A DNA stretch of 63,963 nucleotides, counting the filler, from Dirinaria sp. TL-2023a (taxonomy: Eukaryota), in the NCBI GenBank assembly GCA_051941275.1. It is 3 parts of 3 records of this genome, joined end to end, with 100 filler letters (N's around TTAATTAATTAA, not from the genome) between each part and the next. Parts side by side here need not be neighbours in the genome. Positions count along the whole stretch, not along the records: positions 1 to 22,530 come from JAVEBF010000221.1; 2 more parts are not named here. One strand, given 5' to 3'. Each line of letters opens with the position of its first letter. Position 1 is the stretch's first letter. The notes below the pieces were generated by a model that saw only the letters and a program-made list of their open reading frames with translations, did no database searches and was not told the DNA's origin. The position numbers were made by a program, and so were the translations under genes. Shown here in pieces: positions 9,190 through 22,630 of the stretch.

Positions 9190-12100
9190 TTGTTGTTGGC
9201 CATGGAATCTTAAGGCGGTGTAAGAAATTGTTTGATGGCACAGAGAGAAATAAAGCGGTTAGGACCCAACCCTAGCCGCTCAAATGTTCAAAATTCGAAA
9301 GTACAAATTGATACTGCTTTAGCCAGCTAGTGATATGGGTCATCGCGCTTCTCGAAAATTTTAACGTCTCTAGTACTTTCATAACGTTGTCAAGCTAATT
9401 CGTGCACTTTAACATACAGTGAAAGCCATCATGAAAAGCTAGCCTCGCTGATGGTCGCCGCAGATCCCGAGATATGTCGTTGTTTCATCCCGTCCAAAAA
9501 GGTCTATATAGTATATACCACACGAATTAGACAAGATATTCCACGATATGATTCTAACGAAGCCATGCTCTCCATGTCGCTCGGTTCATACGCAGGAGAT
9601 GATGACTACAGCCCCCGAACCCTCGACACCTTATCTCCACCGGCTTTCGTTATTTGAGTACCTGTATCTTAATACCTAATCAAAAATCGAGCTTGGGCAA
9701 ATGCTTAGTCTCGTCTTCGTATACCGAGCTGAACTGGGGGAGTTTTTTTGTGCGGGTATCTTTCGGTAGCATTCATACCCCTCGCCACAGTTCTCAGTGA
9801 GAAAGAGGGTAGAAGGACTGAACACGAGTCTATTATTGCAAGAGCAGACTAACACCTTTACCTTGATTAGGATACGGCAACCTTCTTTTTCTCTTCGATA
9901 AGGAAAATTGTAAAGACGTATGTGAATCGCGTGTTCCGGAACTCAACCCAGCACTCTTGACCTGCGCGGTCAAGCCAAGTCAATTTTTGAAAGCCAAATG
10001 AAATTTCTGCAGGGACATTTGATCTACTCACATTTACGGGTTTATCAGAAAATTGATCCTTCGGTTGTGGAAACTTACAAGTCGAACCCAGTCTTGCCAG
10101 TGCGCAAAGGGAAAACTAACAGCATCCTACTGAGGTATGATGGCGTTTGCAGATCCATGGTGGAGACCTGACTGCTATCAATCACGTCCTTGTTGGATTA
10201 ATGGCCATAATTACTAAAATTTCACTTCCCATGATCTCTGGCAAGGTGATCTCAGGGGCTCGGTAGCGTTGAATTCACAGTCTGGTCCGCGCGAAGGGTG
10301 ACTCCGAGCGGTGAGATCGCGATACTCGGTACGCTTGAACTGCGTGAATTTGACTCAACCAAGCCGACTAGAATCAGCTAGAAAGATGCTTCGTGCTTAG
10401 ATTGTTGGTAGCGGTTGTCTAGCCAAAACCCAGTTGATGCTTATCTGCCGCCAGCCCAGGAAAGCATCACACCGTTCACACGGCGACGAGTCCAGGAGCT
10501 TCGGGTAGTGGTCCACCGAACTGCGAAGTAATCCTTGGCCCTGAGAGCTCTCGGGATACTGGATCGCGATGGAAGATTACAGGATCACGAAGAAGGAGGC
10601 GAGGAAGTTTTAGTAGGGCAGGGAATGGAAGCTGAGTTTGGAGCGAGCTAACGAATATACTCCAGCGGCCACTGGGCCAGCCAGCCGAATAAGCTCAGAT
10701 TCCCCTACCGTATAACCGTACGGTTGACTGCGCAAAGCCGACCTCACCGAACTTAGGCACTCGAATTTAAGTTGACGTGCAGCGGGCTAGTAGAAATCTC
10801 CGTCTGGGGCCTCCTTGGGCCCAATGAAAGAAAGGGGAAAGGGGAGGAATTTGTACAGTTAGTGTTACGGAAGTCCTGGTGGGAGCGATCGGCGAAGAAG
10901 GACTCTCGGGACCCTGCTGTCATCTTTGCATGCAGTTGCAGCACCACTACCACCTCCCCAGCTTACCGCCCCTCGCCTTCCCAGCATCCCTGTGTAGATG
11001 CCTGTGTAGATGCCTGTTACGAACTGGTCTCGGAGCTTGGGAACCCATGCTCACCAAGTAAACCGCATGGCAGTAATGCGCTGTAACCACTGGATCGGCT
11101 GTCGCTGGGGGGAACGCTTCCCTAACCTTGCTCGCTCATTTGGTCTCCCTAGTCTAACGGCTGGCCTAATGCACAATTACGCTCATCACTATCCGACCGC
11201 CAAAAAACATCCTTCTGGTTTTCAACTACGTTACTATGGGGAATGTGTCCAGCATTGATTGGGCTCCTCTGCATAATCCCCGCAAAATCATTAAGCTTCC
11301 ATCGCGGGAACTCTCACAAAAAGAGTCAGAAGACTGGAAAGGAGAAAACGGTCTTCGCTTCGCAACCAGGGCCGGCACTCGATATACTCGGCTAAAAAAA
11401 ACATGTCTTTGCCCCTGTTCGGGGTTGAAGGGCGTAGGGGGGAAATCGTCACATCTTCGAATCGTGTTCTATGTGTGATGAGGATGAGTGGCAAAAAGCC
11501 ACGTAATACTCATTAGATGGCAGCCCGAATTTGCAGGCTCGCAGGCTCGCAGCTGATATGGATGGGATTTTGCTGCCGGAGGTCCGACGATCATTTGAGG
11601 CTCACCGCGGCAAGTAAGCAATAGTACCTACCGACCTACCGCAGGCCGCATGATTTTTATTTTATTCGCAGAAACCTTGCCTCATAGTTACAGAGTTATA
11701 ACAGTAGGTCCGGGGTAAGGTAAGAAGGTAAGATAAGAAGGTATGCCCAAATCCCAATTCTTTCGGAAAGTCGGTCGCTTCTTAGCCCTGCAGGACTACG
11801 TCGGGACTTTCACGAGACGACAATGGATGTGTTCCTCAAACGCTCAGCCGAAAGTCTGACATTTTTTCAGGTCGTGGATGGAATTACCTTAGGATGTACC
11901 ATACCGGTTTGGAAGAGAGCTGCTTACACATTGGAAAGCGGAAAGTCAAAAATGTCGCTAGCACGTGGGATTATGAGCGTTTTTGACTTTGCCTCCTCGC
12001 GTGATCCGCGTGCCTTAGTCGCCGCCTTGTCGACTCCGCCAACGTCTTAACATCGTCCTGCCTATGGACCAGTCTGACCGGACTAGAGCTCTCCGTGGTC

Positions 12101-12788
12101 ACCGGGCGCATTTATAGCGAAACGGTGAGGCAAGGGTTTGACGCTGGTGGCCGAGAGCGACCTCGTGCATTATCGTGCCCATGAGTACGGGAAAGGGGCC
12201 AGCTTGATTGGCCTCAGCATGTGGAGGCTGAAAGAAAGCGCGGTCAAGGAGACAAATGTGTGTAACGTCAGAAACTTTGACAGCAAAGGTTTCGGCTCGT
12301 CCGCCTACTGCAGATCCTGCTTCGTCTGAGGCACAGGCCTGTTCGGTACTGAGGGTACATCTCTGACCTACTACTGAGAAACCCTGAGGATCAAGGACAT
12401 GGGGATGGAAGAACAGATTCCCATGCAGCTAATTCGCCAAGACATCGCTCAATCGCTAAAATGAATGTTTGGTTTAATTATCAACCTTCGAATGGCTGGA
12501 GATTGCGAGAAATATTGGAGCGGCACGCTCCGAGCATTGAGATGCCCCCTCGCTCGTTGATATTTGTTCCGACTGGGTGAACCAAAGTCGATCTCTTAAC
12601 GGCGTGTAATATAGCTCTTGTCTATATAACGCTGTTCCCCCCGGGTGGCTCATGCTGATCCTCCACAGCATTCTTCAACCTAACACCATTCGCTCGCATC
12701 GACGTACGTATCGATTGTCCTATCTAGACCTTCACTGTTTCTACATCCTCCATAACCTTGGTCCCTATTCTCGGTGTCCAAGCGCAGT

Positions 12789-13097
12789 ATGGGTCAGCCA
12801 TCTGGGGACGCCAGCGCTTCCAGTCAACTTACCCCAATGAGAGCGCTGGAAATTGTAAGGAACAACGAAGAGGGCCAAGTTCATCCTTCAGTCACTGCTG
12901 TCCTTGAGAAAGCTGTCGCAGAGATTTGGCGCAAGATCCAGGCGCAACCAACGTCATACACGATGAGCAGAGACGAATTCGCGGTCTTCAACTTCTACCG
13001 GAATCGGTTCAAGGATTCGCAGGTTGCACAGCAAGCGGTCGCCAGATTCTGGAATCATTTCAGAGGAGACGCTACACAGCTCAACGGCAGCAGATGA
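12789..13097 (+). CDS. Small conserved fungal hypothetical protein (102 aa)
   Basis: Clean ORF with protein-like composition: LEKAVAEIWRKIQAQPTSYTMSRDEFAVFNFYRNRF...AVARFWNH. I recognise the pattern from Pezizomycotina hypothetical proteins; function unknown. Confidence 0.75.
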   Translation: MGQPSGDASASSQLTPMRALEIVRNNEEGQVHPSVTAVLEKAVAEIWRKIQAQPTSYTMSRDEFAVFNFYRNRFKDSQVAQQAVARFWNHFRGDATQLNGSR

Positions 13098-14117
13098 ACG
13101 CGAGTTCCACGCTACCTTGATGCCTTTTCAAGTATCGAGCGAGGTCCGGAGAGTCGATATCTAACGAGCTTGGGCCGCGTTGCTGCCTTTTTTGCGTCGG
13201 CAGCCTCTCACCATAATCAGACTCAATGTGGATTCTTTTAAAGCCACGCATGAATAACCCATCACCTTAGCATTCGGCACTATAGCAGCTCACATACAAA
13301 GCGCTGTTCTTCCCCCCCCCAAAATTCGCACATGATATTGGCTTCGAGAAAAATGCTAGTCTTTTCGCTGCAGCAATGTTAAGATTGCCTGAACAGAATA
13401 TGGACGGATGCCATGACCTCAATCACTCTAAGCTCCTCCGATACATGGGAATAAAGACTCTTGGATGCCAGGAGGTAGCCTGGCTTACACTAGACGGAAC
13501 ACAACCACCTCACAACCACCTCTCTTTAACGCGCCGCCAAAAGCAAAAACTCGACTCAGTCACCTGGCATCGCCGGCTGCGAAATTTCAAGTCGCATCTC
13601 CAGTGTGGCTGATGCTTAAGGTTATAGCTGCGCACCCTTGTTGCTTCCTGAAAGTCTTTTGCGCAGGAACGCCCTTCACTGGATGAAATGTTTGAAGGAC
13701 TCGGGAAGAGAAAGGTTTACGTGGAGGTTTCCACTTCTTTATGGAAGCAGAAAACAATTCTATTGACATCGCCTTTCTGTTTTAGCAAAGTGCGCTTTTC
13801 TAATATACTGTACTTTTCGAAAAGGGTGTTAGGCTTCCGCCTTTTTAAAAGCCACCCAGATCAACCGCAACCCTCTACATTCCTCCTTAGCGAGGAATGC
13901 TGTGCACAACTTTGTTGATTTCGCGATTTTCATCACTCGTCCTTAAAAAAAAACATCTACATTTATTTTAAGCGAGGAATGATATGCGTCGACAGACACG
14001 ACTCTGTTGATGTCGCGCTGAGATGATCTTGCTGATGTTGGACTACGTATCACCACTAGTTGGTTATAATGCCGCCCTCCACTTGGACCCCTTTAGACTT
14101 TGGTCGTGTCCACCATC

Positions 14118-15189
14118 ATGCGGCAATCCCCTCATTTCTCGTTTTGCGCAACGATTTTATGGACCGTGCTGTTTGTTGCGTGCCTGGTACAGGCAACCAT
14201 ATTTCATCCACAGGCGTTTGAAGCAAGGAATGGAGCGCCGCCACAACGCCGGGCACTATGTGAGAAAGCCACGCTGGATGTTCAGGAGGACAGAGTAGGT
14301 CATAATTGCTCTAACCGTGGACATCTGGCTTACAGCCTTGAAGATCATAGATGATGCTTGCGACCAGAACCCTCAAAACGACTACAGCGTGTGCTATCAA
14401 CAGCTGTATGCCGAAGCCGCTGGGTGGCGCAATAGGCTTGGAGACTAACTGGAGGCAGAGATCAATACATGAAGCAGTCCACCACCCAAACTTGCGCGAC
14501 TTACTACAACACGTACCTGACTTGTATAAATGGGCATGGCCAGAATGGGACTGTATGCAACGGCCCGCAATTGGATTACGCCCTATGTTCGAATCATACG
14601 TCAGTGAGATCTCAAAGTCTTGAGCTAGCCAAACACTGAAGTAAAGTATAGCCTCCAAGCCTACGCATACTGCGGCTGCTACTACAACCTGCCAGATGTG
14701 CTCTACGAATGTGCTAACGTCCAGCTGGAGATCCGCCCTGACACACCGCAAGCCTCAGGTGCACCTGCTACCTCGGACCTGCCAAAGGTTCCAATTCCAG
14801 ACGGTAGTAGTCAAAGTCCGTTCTCGTTCCTTCCATACAGCCCTATCTCAGGTGCGGCTGCGGCGACGCCAGTGGTTACTACACCTGCCACTACCAGCAC
14901 AGGCACAGCCGATAATTCGTCTGCCTCGGCGCCTCTCACGCTTCCCGGTACTGGACAGATAACTACCACCAGCGTATCTACCGTCGTGGTCACACGAACG
15001 ACCACTATCGCTACTTGTCCGCCTGCTGTGACCAGTTGTCCAGCTAGCTTACCGGCTACGTCAACGTACACCGAGGCTGAGACAAGGACCATTCTGAGCT
15101 GTGATGGGGGCTGTACGGGACCGGCTCCTGCAGGCGCGCCGAACATCTGTGTTGCAAGACGTAGGAGACGGGCGGTTGTGCTTGGCTAG
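14118..15189 (+). CDS. Secreted cysteine-rich protein with a Ser/Thr/Pro-rich region (about 4 exons)
   Basis: Signal peptide MRQSPHFSFCATILWTVLFVACLVQA. Introns with GTGAGA, GTATGC and GTCAGT donors join an in-frame Cys-rich domain (DDACDQ..SVCYQQ..TCATYYNTYLTCING..VCNG..ALCSN..AYCGCYY..YECAN) to a T/S/P stalk with TCPPAVTSCP and SCDGGC. Confidence 0.75.
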
Positions 15190-17315
15190 CCGGCGATTCA
15201 CGAATGACGATGTTTAGTCGTGCTTGAAGATTTTTCTTGTTGTATTTGCCCCCTTTCCATTTCGGTGGGCTTTTCAGGCTGCGGGCGATTTTTGGTTTTG
15301 ACCACAATAAAGGGGGGGGACCCAGATTTGGGATAGTATATCAGCTTTCTTAATTCCAAATTTTGCAATTGGGACTCTCTCTGGGCCTGAAATTTTGAGG
15401 GCCCGCAATAATGTATCCCAACGCTTGCATGTCGATCATCGCGCGGGTAGAGGAGCAGTAAGGTACTCTTGCTTGACATACCCGGAAATGCACAAGAGAT
15501 CCATCTTGATCGGGTGGATGCGAAGTCGGAGGATTTTCGATAATCTTCCGAAGTATCCCACCCTCCCTTACCTACCTACATGGGCCTTACATTACTTTTA
15601 TGCAATCGGACATGGGAGGGGAGACCCTGGCTTCAGCCCAAGGTGGTTTATGCACAACGAAAAAAAAAAAAAAGCAAAGCCCTAATCCCGGAAAAGGCAA
15701 TGGATTTTCGCTATCACGGTCCCACTAAATTGGCATCTTCTTCCCTCTCCGGGACCAGAGAAGAAAAAAAACTTTGCGCTTTGTATACTGACTTTTTTTT
15801 TGCCCCACTAGATTTTTTCACCTCGTATACCATATTCTCCACCCCCCACTAGGCGAATCGGCCATTCCTTCTCCCCTGCTGCGAGGAATGAAAAGCTTTT
15901 TTTTTTTTCACGCTGTATATACACCATGATTCTCGTTGCTTCTCTTCTTGGCAAAAAAAAAAGACCCCTTAGCTCCTGAGTTGTAAAGTAATCTGACGCC
16001 TCATTATTGTTCCAATGAATCACACATCCCATCAAGCAAATTAGGGAGTTCCCTTGAGACAATATTTTTCTTAAGACTGACGTTTTAGATCGAGTGTGTG
16101 TGCGCGCTTATCGATTGCCACAAACCAATATAAGACAAATTTTTCGCTTGTGTGCAAATTCCATTATTTTCTAATTATTTTTTCTTTGTTTTTCTTCTTT
16201 CTTCTACAGTAATCAGAGCCGTTCCCTTTAAAACCAAGCCCAAATCCAGCACCGGAGAATGCAAACTCGAAATTAATCCTCGAGAGTTGAAACAATTAAC
16301 CCCTAAATGAAGTCGGCCAAAGGCCGAAGGAAGAAAGAAAGAAAGAAAGAAAGTTCTCAGGGAGGTAGAGTACAACAGAAGAAGCAGTTCATGCGTGATA
16401 CACCATACATATGTACATCTAATTATATAAATTTCATATTAGCCATGAATAACAATGTATCGTCGAAGGCCCCCTTCATTCCAAGAATCAGACCAATGAA
16501 ATCAGACGCATGAAAAAAAAGGTGAAAGCTATTCTTTACCTTGATATTTGACACTATCATACTCATACTTATAAAATTGGAATCGATACGCCTTCAAACT
16601 CCGACACATTCAGAAACATCCTTTCGCCGTTAGGGGGATGGTGGGGTTTTCGGGTAGCGAAGATTCATGTAAATGACTGGCGTTAGCATGGCCGAGAGAT
16701 AAAAAGTATGAAGTAGGCACAGAAGACTCGAATAGCCAAACTTCAGAAAACAGTTTTTCCCCCCCTTCTTCTAAGATGATGCAGATGGAGATGGAGCTTG
16801 CTTTGCATCAGGAAAGGACAGTTCGAGGGGAGGGGGGATGCCGGGCGATTTCGTGTTCGCGGGTTTCAGTCAGAGTAGAGGGAGAGAACGGTTTGAGATG
16901 GTCTTTTGCTTACATTACATGAGGTATAGCGATATGGAGTTTGGTGTTGAATCAATGATGCTACCTTGTTGTTCGGTGACGGGAAGATGCACTGGTAGAC
17001 GTGGCTCTTTTTTTTGCTTCGGATAACGGGATTGCTTCAATGCTTTTTGGGATCATGGTTGACTGTTGTTTTTTCGTATGTATATCTCAAGCTGTAATTC
17101 GTCATACTCCTGCCGCTGTCGTAAAAAACCAACCTCGATTGGTGCCAAGTCTGTGCGTGAGACAGTCTATATATGATTTTTCATTCCACTGCCTACCAAC
17201 TCCCGAGAACGTAGCAATACGCCGAGTCCCTATGCTACCGCTACCACAAATTCTCCCCCAGGGTAATGTATGTACAGCGAAACCGAAATTCGATTCTATC
17301 TCTACCGTTCGGTGT

Positions 17316-18186
17316 TTACTTTCGGTACCACATCCTCGTGATCCTAGTTCATGATTAAAACGCCTGAAACTTGAAGGGGATTTTCGGCGGGGTTTCCATA
17401 CCTCGTATGCCTCATTTTCTTCTGCAGCTGAAAGATCCCATACATCAAAGCCTCGCTCGTCGGTGGACACCCGGGCACATAGATGTCCACTGGCACGATC
17501 CGGTCACACCCTCTCGTCACACTGTAGCTGTAATGATAATAGCCGCCTCCATTCGCACAGCTGCCCATTGAGATGACCCACCGCGGCTCAGGCATCTGGT
17601 CGTAGACCTGCCGTAGCGCGGGAGCCATTTTGTTCGTCAATGTCCCCGCCACGATCATGACGTCGGATTGACGAGGGCTGGCGCGGAAAATGATACCTAG
17701 TCGATCTTGGTCGTAGCGTGGGGTGGAGAGGTGCATCATTTCGATGGCGCAGCAGGCGAGACCGAAAGTCATGGGCCAAAGAGAGCCTTGGCGGGCCCAA
17801 TTGGCGACTTGGTCGAGAGTTGTCCTGAGGGAACAGGGTGTCAGTAGGTTGCTGAGGATGAGAGGGTGGAGGTTGGTGCGGTAGGAGCATACAATGCGTA
17901 TTGCATAACGCCCTCTTTCTTTTCTTGGCTGGGGAGAGGGACCTCTCGTCGTGGTTTGCCGGTGGCGGTGAGAGGAGGACCTTGCGCATCTTGTGATCTG
18001 GTGACTGCAGTGGCTGGCTTTGAGGATGTAGATGATATGTAGGCAGCAGGGGCGAAACGTGAGGCTAGGTTTGCGGTTATGGGTTTGGCTGTTAAGAGGG
18101 TATGTCAGTACGGTGGCAAGCACATAAAGCGGAGTGGGCGAACCTCGCAATACTAATGCGGCTGTTGATCGTGTAGTGGACAGCAT
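17316..18186 (-). CDS. NDUFS7: NADH:ubiquinone oxidoreductase PSST/20-kDa Fe-S subunit (complex I), 3 introns
   Basis: [44 protein letters not shown]...[35 protein letters not shown]; last exon ITRMWYRK* ends at 17316. Confidence 0.97.
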
Positions 18187-18239
18187 TGCGCTAGATAGAG
18201 AATTGATAGATGATCCCTCTAGGTCTATTCCTCTCGAGT

Positions 18240-18761
18240 CTATTCAAGGCTATTGTTGTTTGGGGGTTCAGAAATCGAGGAGTCGTGATGCGCCGATTTC
18301 TTCGACCTTTGCCTGGTGATGTGACTCCTGACTAAGCGATATGCGAGCACTGCTATTGGTTCTCCTCCCCGCTTTAACCACTTCCCCCGCGAGCCCTGTT
18401 TGCCAAGCTCCTCGATATGTCCAACAACAGTGCCCACTTGGCCAGGTATTTCCAAGTCTTCTTCACCCTGTGCGGCTGGAGCAGCTGGATTTTCGCTTTG
18501 ACAATGTGGCTCTCTCGCAGTTGTTGACTCTGAACGCAGATCGTCTTACATAAAAAGGGCGGTCAAGAGCGAATCACAGAAGTACCCTTGTTCCTCATCC
18601 TGTGGCCATCGTACCGAGTTGTACCTTCGAATCCGTTTTGGGCCATCATCATCATCGACCGCCTTGGAAAACGCTCGACGCCCTAATGACTTCAACATCC
18701 GCCTCGAGCCTTTGACTGACTTTTGTACATCGTTAGACATGGTATCCTGTCTTGCACTCAT
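18240..18761 (-). CDS. Possible small spliced hypothetical gene
   Basis: [34 protein letters not shown]... ends at a GTAAGA donor-like site and a second open frame follows (18240-18455). No recognisable domain. Confidence 0.2.
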
Positions 18762-19280
18762 CGCCAAACGCTAAAAGGGGCCCTCTGATAGCGGTCCTCA
18801 AGCTGATGGAATATATGTACAGATAGCTCTTCCTCCCAAAAAGAGCTGACGTGAAATGGAACAGCAAACGTGCTACTCTATTCACTGAATATGAATTAAG
18901 TCTACCTATCTCCAATATCTTTTATATCAAACCTCTCATTCAACCTCAGAAGCCACTTCTGGGAAATTCCCTCTTTAATCACATTTTCCGATACAAAAAA
19001 CAACAACAAATCTTGTTTATCAATGAACCAGGCATATTCATGGCGTCTAGGTACCCAGGACATAGTTGTAACTTTCGTGACATAGTAGTCTGACCACAAG
19101 GTCTATCCTCGTACCCAATTGCCTAAAAGGGATGGCGTCTGTGCACCTCATGTTTCGACTTCATCTACTATCATTATACCAACCTTTACCCATGCTCGAT
19201 TCCATTTCCCATCATCCGGTCAGCTCTACTACTAGATTGTAAACTTCTCCTGCCTTCTTCCTGGATGATTTGTACCCGTA

Positions 19281-20622
19281 ATGGCAAGTGTATTGCAGAG
19301 ACAATCTGCAAGCACTACAATGTCGACGGCAGTGGACCACGGGCACCGCGCAAATAGGAGGCTGCAGCTTCTAGCAATGCAGGTGTCGTTCATGAGTGCT
19401 GCGACTTTCGTTGTGGCTCTCCGCTTATTCACTCGATACGTAATCATCAGGAGCCCAGGATGGGAAGATTGGGCTATTAGCTTCGCTCTGGTCCGCCTTT
19501 CAAGTTTTACGGCAATGGCTGGCTGCTGAACCTCCTAGATCGTATCAATTGCGGAAACGAGCATGACACTATCATGCTTAAACCATGGAGCAGGCCGGGA
19601 GTTACAGAGCACAGCGGACCAATCTTACACTCTAAACGTACGTTGATGAGTTTCGAAGTGACCTACGTTCGGGGTTGATCCTTCCCAAGGTTTTCTACGC
19701 AGCCTGGATTCTGTACTCCGTAGCCATAGCGTCCATCAGGCTCTCGGTCTGCCTTCTCTACCTTCGCCTCTTCCCTACCTTGTGGGTGCGTCGATGCACT
19801 AAAGGCATCATAGCTACATGCACCATAGGCTGCGTCACGCTCCTCTTGTTGTGGGTCACGATGTGCAAGCCATTGTCCATGGCGTCGAATAAGAAAGAGC
19901 CGCGCACTTGCCTCAAGAGAGGAGGCTTATTCGAAGCACACTCCATCTTCAGTCTGTGTATCAACTTAGCGATTATAATCTTGCCTATGCCAACGATATG
20001 GGGCCTGCACATGCCAATAAGACGCAGGCTCCTTGTAATGGGTGTCTTCGCCATTGGCTTGATGTAAGTACCAACCAGTACCAGACAGAGTCTATGAACA
20101 AGATATTTACTCAGCTGTATTAGACCCTGCGCTTCATTAATTGCGCGGCTTTTCCTTTTCTCCTCGGCAGCTGAATTTAGTTCAGATCCTACCTGGTGGA
20201 TCTCAAAGACGGAAAACTGGGTACTCGCCGAGTATTCAAGTGGTCTTATCTGCGCCTCGCTGATTCATCTCAAACCAATTGTAAAGATGCTTATACCTTG
20301 CCTGTTGGATTCCCCTCACAAGCATCCAGAGAACAACAGGCAAGTACGACCTTTCTTCAGTGAGAGGAGGTATTCCCGAATATCCCATCCATCTGAGAGG
20401 AGATATGGGAACCTGGCCCGTGCGTGCAGACGGAGCACTCTGATAAGTGAGCATGGCGACCACTTGACTGAGATTAGGCCGCTGGTCAGGGTCACCGCGA
20501 GATCGGAGGATGAAGAATTGCTCTCTCAACAACCACGCTCGCCGGAGAGAGTCTTGACCTGGGCCCCCAAAACAAAGGACAGGTCTGATACATGTGCATT
20601 CCGCCACACATCTCCTCAATGA
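19281..20622 (+). CDS. PTH11-like (fungal rhodopsin-domain) 7-TM integral membrane protein without CFEM; 3 introns
   Basis: FVVALRLFTR..GWEDWAI, HGAGR, SIRLSVCLLYLRLFP, MCKPL, ILPMPTIWGLHMPIRRRL, DPTW, EYSSGLICASL. Confidence 0.88.
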
Positions 20623-21102
20623 TGATAATGACGATGGTGAGCGTCGCGACGCGCTAGATGGCTCACATTGCTTCTCTTGACAGGCTAAGGGTCATTGCTT
20701 TTGCCCTATCCCCATGAGCTTTTACATTTCGCTCCGTATAATTAGCCTACATGTAACGATCTTGGTAGCATTAAAAACAACGTCTTATTGCTGTACTTGC
20801 TAGTAATCATAATTAACGAGTTTTTTGACATGAATAAAAGCAGCTTTTACTGCCACTGGTGTAGTCTCCTGAAATATCTTGAAAGAAGGACCCCTTGAAA
20901 GGACCTATGTTTAAGCAACGGACGGAATTCTTCCGCTTCTTTAAAAGAGCTTCTTTCCCGTCATCCCGTCTTACAGAGTTTACTGTATGTAATATAGCTG
21001 CCTACCATCGCTACCGTTAATATATGCTATGCGAGTACCGGGTCTTTAAGCAGTATGGACACTTGACCAGATCTCAAACCTCACTTTCCTATACCTCAAA
21101 GC

Positions 21103-21928
21103 ATGATGAAAATGCGCCAGTTTCTCCGACGAGCTGCTCTGCCTAGCTCTCTACCCTGGCCCAAGCAACCGTTCCGTCCAAGACTCCGAACAAACGCCTC
21201 TTACTCCTCTCCTCCTCTCCAGCAATCGCCGTTGCTACAGTTATTTTCCCGCAATTCCCATCGAAAATCCGTCCGCCATCTTTTTCAAAAGCGCCTGAAC
21301 TCGAACAAGCCTCCGTACAACCCAACACCCAACCTCAACTCTCCAGAACCTTCTCTTTCCCTATCACAACGCTTGAGGAAGCTCAGTCGAGAGTATGGCT
21401 GGTCCGCGTTGGGTGTCTACCTTCTACTTACTGCTCTTGATTTCCCATTCTGCTTCCTCGCTGTCCGATGGCTGGGTACGGATAGAATAGGCCATTGGGA
21501 GCACGTTCTTGTCTCATGGTTCTGGAGCATAGTACCGTATCCGTTCCCAGCACGAGAGACTCCTCAAGCAGTTGAGTTTGAGTCTGTTGGTAAGAAAGCG
21601 GAAGAATATGGAGTGGTGAGCGACCAAAGTGAGGTTGGCGTTCCTGGCTATGATCACGGAGTCAAAGAGGCGGAGAAGAGGAATCAGAGTGAGAATGCCA
21701 GTAAGTGCTGTTGCTTCCCGAGTCGGTCTTTGTAAAATGGGTCTAATGTTGATCATAGGTATTTGGACCCAACTAGCACTGGCGTACGCCATACACAAGA
21801 GCTTCATCTTTGTAAGGGTGCCGCTTACAGCCGCATTAACTCCAAAAATCGTCAAGACGCTTAGAGGTTGGGGTTGGGATATAGGAAAACGGCGTCCGAA
21901 GGCTGCGAAAGACATCAAAAAAGACTGA
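21103..21928 (+). CDS. NAT2: Nat2/DUF1279 (FAM210-like) mitochondrial membrane protein; intron about 21701-21758
   Basis: Arg-rich presequence; SQRLRKLSREYGWSALGVYLLLTALDFPFCFLAVR; SIWTQLALAYAIHKSFIFVRVPLTAALTPKIVKTLRGWGW. Confidence 0.88.
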
Positions 21929-22530
21929 TTTCCAGCGGTCTACTCCGTACTCAAAATACGCAGGAGTAGAGCTTCAGCCATCAGGTCTGGTGCTTGTACG
22001 ATTACATACAAATATACGCTGCATAACAGGCTGCCATAAGAGCTGAACCGATAGGGTCTCTCAAATATCGCGGTAAGCTTTCTCAAGTTCTCGGATCAGT
22101 ATCTGGCATTTTATTTTCCTAGCTGGATTCGCAATTAGAAGGAAGTTTGCATTTACTAGGCATTTTTAAAGCGCAAGCAGAATCATGTCAAATAACAATT
22201 CCTCTGTCTTTTTGGGAGAAGGAATTGCATTCTCTCTTTGCGGCGTTACTACGTCGATTCATTTGGATGAGGGCTCAGGTAGGTCTGGATTCTTCGAATT
22301 GCGCCTGTTCGGGTTTTCGCAATCGCGACAAACTACCTCAACTTCTCTCACACAATCTGTGCATCTTCGACAACGACCAAATTTTGGAAAAAAGGTGATG
22401 CCTACACTGTACCTAGGCACCTTAATGTTTTCGCTTTTCTCCGTTCCTAATCATGAAGCCGCTTACCGCCTCAGGCAACAGTATTAGCATAAGAAACTCT
22501 TAGCTCTCACTCTCTCTTCTCTCTATTCCC

Positions 22531-22630
22531 NNNNNNNNNNNNNNNNNNNNNNNNNNNNNNNNNNNNNNNNNNNNTTAATTAATTAANNNNNNNNNNNNNN
22601 NNNNNNNNNNNNNNNNNNNNNNNNNNNNNN
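22531..22630. other. Artificial contig linker (N44-TTAATTAATTAA-N44)
   Basis: 100-nt N run with a six-frame-stop 12-mer at 22575-22586; identical copy at 45131-45230. Confidence 0.97.

Noticed and set aside
10200..10340. Minus-strand 'QRYRAPE' and 'YRDLTAR' kinase-like words
   Set aside because: They are in different frames, with no other kinase subdomains and many nearby stops; probably chance.
11118..11130. CCCTAACC as a telomerase RNA template or telomeric seed
   Set aside because: A single 8-mer is expected by chance, and I saw no supporting structure.
22575..22586. TTAATTAATTAA palindrome inside N runs (also 45175-45186) as a biological site
   Set aside because: An identical six-frame-stop spacer flanked by 44 Ns on each side is an assembly concatenation artefact.
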